Source: Eledone cirrhosa
Lineage: Eukaryota
Assembly (NCBI GenBank): GCA_964016885.1
Contig: OZ024740.1
Coordinates: forward strand, 73,098,001 to 73,162,000
DNA: 64,000 nucleotides
Direction: 5' to 3'
Shown: piece after piece, positions 61,698-64,000 of the stretch
How the letters are laid out: every line of letters starts with the position of its first letter
How positions within the stretch are numbered: the stretch's first letter is position 1
Translations under genes and position numbers: made by a program
The notes under the pieces: generated by a model
Databases searched by the model: none
Told to the model about the DNA's origin: nothing
Seen by the model: the letters and a program-made list of their open reading frames with translations, nothing else

Positions 61698-61767
61698 CTT
61701 CTTCTTCTTCTTCTTCTTCTTCTTCTTCTTCTTCTTCTTCTTCTTCTTCTTCTTCTTCTTCTTCTTC
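61698..61767. repeat. (TTC)n microsatellite
   Basis: About 23 units. Confidence 0.95.
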
Positions 61768-62033
61768 GTTCCATCATTAAATCTTTTATTTTCACTCCTG
61801 TTTCAATTTCCATAATTATTCATTATATATTTATGCATTTATATTTTTACTTATTTATATTTTGGTTTTGTTTTCTTCCTCCTATATTTTATCCCATTTT
61901 TCTGTTTTCTCTTCGTTTTCTGTCACCCCCCTCCCCCCACTCACCGTTCGGTATTCTGCGCATGCGCTTTCTTTATTATTTTATTGCGTTCATATGTATA
62001 ATACATTCTTCTGTATGTATATCTCTCATCCTT

Positions 62034-62087
<54 letters not shown>

Positions 62088-62099
62088 GAGAGAGAGAGA

Positions 62100-62310
<211 letters not shown>

Positions 62311-63492
62311 ATCTATCATGTATCAGTTCCCATTTTTCTTTCTTTCTTTATTTATTTATTTATTTATTACTTATTTGTTTGTTTATTTATTTAACAGTCT
62401 ATCTGTCTGTGTCTCTGTCTGCCTAATTACATGTCTCCCTTTGTATATTTATTTGATCTTGCATTGCATCAATGTTTTAGATGACTGTATTTTCAACGAG
62501 GGAGTTTCTACGTAGTTACTTGATATGTTACAATTAACAGCCAAATCACTGCCAAATACTACACTGCTCTTCACTTAGGTAAATGAGGAAGAACATATTA
62601 GATAATGTAATCCCAGATATACTATATCTGAAGAAAATATGGGATGTTTATCAAATGACTAGGGTGATCTATCCATTTGGGAAGTACGAAGTTAAGAAGT
62701 AAGAACTACGAAGTTTGTTTACGAAAATTAAGCATCACAGAGTCACTCATTTATACGGTTATGATCTGGAATTAAGTTTACCAGATTATCATTTAAACAA
62801 AGTCAGTATCATAAACTTGAACTAAAATTATCAGGTACGGTTCGAGATGCCTTAAAATCGACTTTGTTTCTTATAATTACCAAATGTGTTTAGAGAATGC
62901 TGCATCGTCCTTTTTTTTAAATTCCAGAATGCCTATGTTGACAACGTCGCATTCAAAAGGAAAATTTGCTTAGGCCTATATAGCATAGTAGGTTTAAGCG
63001 AACACACACATACGCGCACACACACACACATATATATATAGAGAGAGAGAGAGAGCGAGGAGAGAGGGGAGGGGCAAACAAATAGAAAGAGAAAGAAAGA
63101 GAGTGAGAGAAAGAGAGAGAGAGAGAGACTGGGATTCAGAATTTTGGTCGATACCTTTCACCACATCAATTATCTAAGTTTGAAATTACAAAAAATGAAT
63201 TATTACCTCCCTTTCTGCCAATATCAGGGCCTTTGAATCACTGCTCTATAATTCGTCTTAATTCAACCTAGGAAAAAGTAACCGTTGACTAGTTTTTTCT
63301 CACAATTATGAGAAAAGAAGTCAGAATGTATGGTTTAGTAGGCTACATTTAATGTAAACTTAAGGTAGATATAATTACTGGTGGGGGGGGGGGGGGGTCT
63401 TTTATTAGCAGCCTTCGCTGTGAAATGAATGAACTCCTTAGTGCAAACAATTTCAAATTTTCCTTCTTATACAGAAAAAAAAATATCAAAGA

Positions 63493-63543
63493 TTATTCTT
63501 ATGCTGACATTTCAAAGAGTATTGTTTTCTCATCAGAGAATAA
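63493..63543 (-). ncRNA. Type I hammerhead
   Basis: ttattct CUGAUGA gaaaacaauacucuuu GAAA UGUCAGCA UA agaataa. Perfect 7-bp stem I, weak stem II. Confidence 0.55.
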
Positions 63544-64000
63544 ATACTGCAATGATTTTGGGGTCCATGTTTGTCGATCTCTTTGTGGTAGACTCTGGAA
63601 ACTGATCCCTAATCTTTTATCTCGGTCAGGCGAACGATAACAACCTGAGACCAACTCATACACAAGAAGCTATCATTTCGTGCATGAAGGATTACTGCAA
63701 CAGTAATATAAAAGATACAGAATATAAAAGATACCTAAAATAGCCATACTAATTTACATATCATGCATATGTTTGGTAGTGTAATTAAATTAATAATGGA
63801 TATTTATGCTACAATACGGCGTATATTTGAAGATTTGGGACAAATTTAAGGTGGATATATCTAACGTTTCTTTTTAATTAGAAGCCTTGGCTGTGAAAAT
63901 AATAAACTCACCACATTCAATCTTTTGGGTTAATTTCAAAAATCTGTTACGAGATTTACAAAATCATGTGCTCCACCTACGAATATTGATATTTTATTTT

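Overview
Eukaryotic, very AT-rich, repeat-saturated animal DNA. The SINE types and the (AT)n/(CA)n/(TATG)n load are most consistent with a coleoid cephalopod such as octopus (inference). Nearly all ORFs in the track are microsatellite artefacts. Recognisable elements: a full-length but disabled Tx1/L1-type LINE in (TCTA)n with a TSD (18545-24399), a decayed CRE-type LINE, RTE fragments and bipartite RTE derivatives, a 5'-truncated Naiad-type Penelope-like element (PLE; RT thumb plus GIY-YIG) with inverted pseudo-LTRs (47031-50328), two tRNA-SINE families, three non-autonomous Helitrons, hAT/foldback MITEs, a mariner fragment, and one candidate host first exon with promoter (14717-15047, minus). 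The main hidden signal is an RNA-based system. About 20 intact or degenerate minimal type I hammerhead ribozyme motifs sit in short non-coding elements inserted in (TA)n. These include a ~430-bp tandem retrozyme-like array (35738-38249) and a 656-bp circularly permuted unit (51817-53079). Most share the Naiad's 'inverted arm + 3' tail' architecture, and many tails from otherwise dissimilar families carry a covarying RCTC-N12-19-GAGY-RCT hairpin. All folds and alignments were done by eye.
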